64,000 bases of DNA, from NCBI GenBank assembly GCA_017478225.1, contig JAFVDX010000011.1, positions 90,953 through 154,952 on the forward strand. The letters run 5' to 3'. This DNA comes from Paludibacteraceae bacterium. Its GTDB lineage: Bacteria > Bacteroidota > Bacteroidia > Bacteroidales > Paludibacteraceae. Under the pieces are notes generated by a model. It saw only the letters and a list, made by a program, of their open reading frames with translations. It had not been told where the DNA came from and did not search any database. Positions 63,329-64,000 of the stretch are shown in pieces. Every line of letters begins with the position of its first letter. The first letter of the stretch is position 1. Made by a program: the position numbers and the translations under genes.

Positions 63329-64000
63329 TAGGCCTCAAATAATTTACCAAAATCTTCGTATGAGATTTCTTTGGTTTCTAATTTAACTATACCTTTCAGT
63401 GCCTCGTAAATTTTATTTTCAGCCACTCTCTCGGCTATACCACGCACTTGGTCTTCTTTTTTGAGAGTTTCCTGAGCATACTGAGTGAGCATCTCATCAC
63501 TTATATTTGACAAACCATATTGCAGGAACTGCATGCGGGTCATCTCTTTAGCATAAGCCTCAACATCGGCTTTTTCTACTTTAATCTCATAAGCCTCTGC
63601 AAGTTGGTCTTTAGCCAAATGCCATTTGAGTTCTTCTATCATCTTAGGAAACTCTTTTTCCACTTGCTCTTCGGTCATCTTTTGCTCGTTTTGTTGCAAG
63701 AGCCAGCGTTTGAGGAAGGCCTCAGGAAATTCGACCTTTTCCATTTTTTTCATGATGGCTGCTTTGGCATCAAGTCCGAACTTATAATCTGCATCTTGTT
63801 TGAAATTGCCCTTGATTTCCTCTTTAATGCGATTGCGAAAATCAGCCTCATCACTTACCTTTCCTTCGCCATATACTTTTGCAAACAGCGCCTCGTTAAC
63901 ATCTGCTTTTTCATGACGGGTAATAGACTGTATTTCAAAAGTAAACTCGTCAGCCAATCCCGCCACTTCCTCTTTCTTTATGCTGAGCATTGACGACACT
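63328..64000 (-). CDS. tig: Trigger factor, C-terminal part (gene continues past window end)
   Basis: The C-terminal chaperone-arm sequence (FPEAFLKRWLLQQNEQKMTEEQVEKEFPKMIEELKWHLAKDQL) is typical of Bacteroidetes trigger factor. The ORF is open to the window edge. Confidence 0.85.
   Translation of the reverse strand, partial: VSSMLSIKKEEVAGLADEFTFEIQSITRHEKADVNEALFAKVYGEGKVSDEADFRNRIKEEIKGNFKQDADYKFGLDAKAAIMKKMEKVEFPEAFLKRWLLQQNEQKMTEEQVEKEFPKMIEELKWHLAKDQLAEAYEIKVEKADVEAYAKEMTRMQFLQYGLSNISDEMLTQYAQETLKKEDQVRGIAERVAENKIYEALKGIVKLETKEISYEDFGKLFEA

Overview
Bacteroidales-type chromosomal segment, judged from TAnnTTTG -7 promoter boxes, two SusC/SusD pairs, T9SS C-terminal sorting domains and Na+-NQR. 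(1) 1..7.2 kb: the 5' end of holA, then a ~6.6 kb integrated element (456..7092) at the 3' end of a minus-strand tRNA-Pro(CGG). It is flanked by a 12/13-bp direct repeat. It carries a large serine recombinase, a Rep_trans-like replication initiator, a small serine recombinase, a small HTH protein, an SH3-like protein and a BspA-type LRR lipoprotein. The LRR gene is bracketed by three copies of the 11-mer TAACTGAGTTG. (2) 7.5..30 kb: mostly housekeeping genes. These are a gamma-CA-like protein, pyrH, frr, mltG, DUF4835/DUF4831 proteins, a nucleoside MFS permease, nqrABCDE with no adjacent nqrF, an S41 peptidase, OM beta-barrel genes (one with an in-frame TGA), a GH53 galactanase, GT2, aroA, an M49 DPP-III-like peptidase, an AraC regulator and an orphan PotD-like binding protein. 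(3) 30..59 kb: an alpha-glucan (starch) utilisation region. It holds a SusR-like membrane regulator, a small poly-Asp protein, a 1919-aa non-catalytic surface protein with a T9SS sorting domain, SusC/SusD, two proteins made of repeated W..WPG..IFNNG modules (one T9SS cargo, one lipoprotein), a GH13 amylase and a GH97 SusB-like glucosidase. A second, convergent SusC/SusD/SusE-like set with an MFS sugar transporter follows. (4) 59..64 kb: recQ, lipB, a Sir2 deacylase, a hotdog thioesterase and the 3' part of tig. No rRNA or CRISPR array was seen. The most interesting parts are the serine-recombinase/rolling-circle element with its candidate recombination sites, and the starch locus that combines Sus-type lipoproteins with T9SS-displayed multi-module binding proteins.
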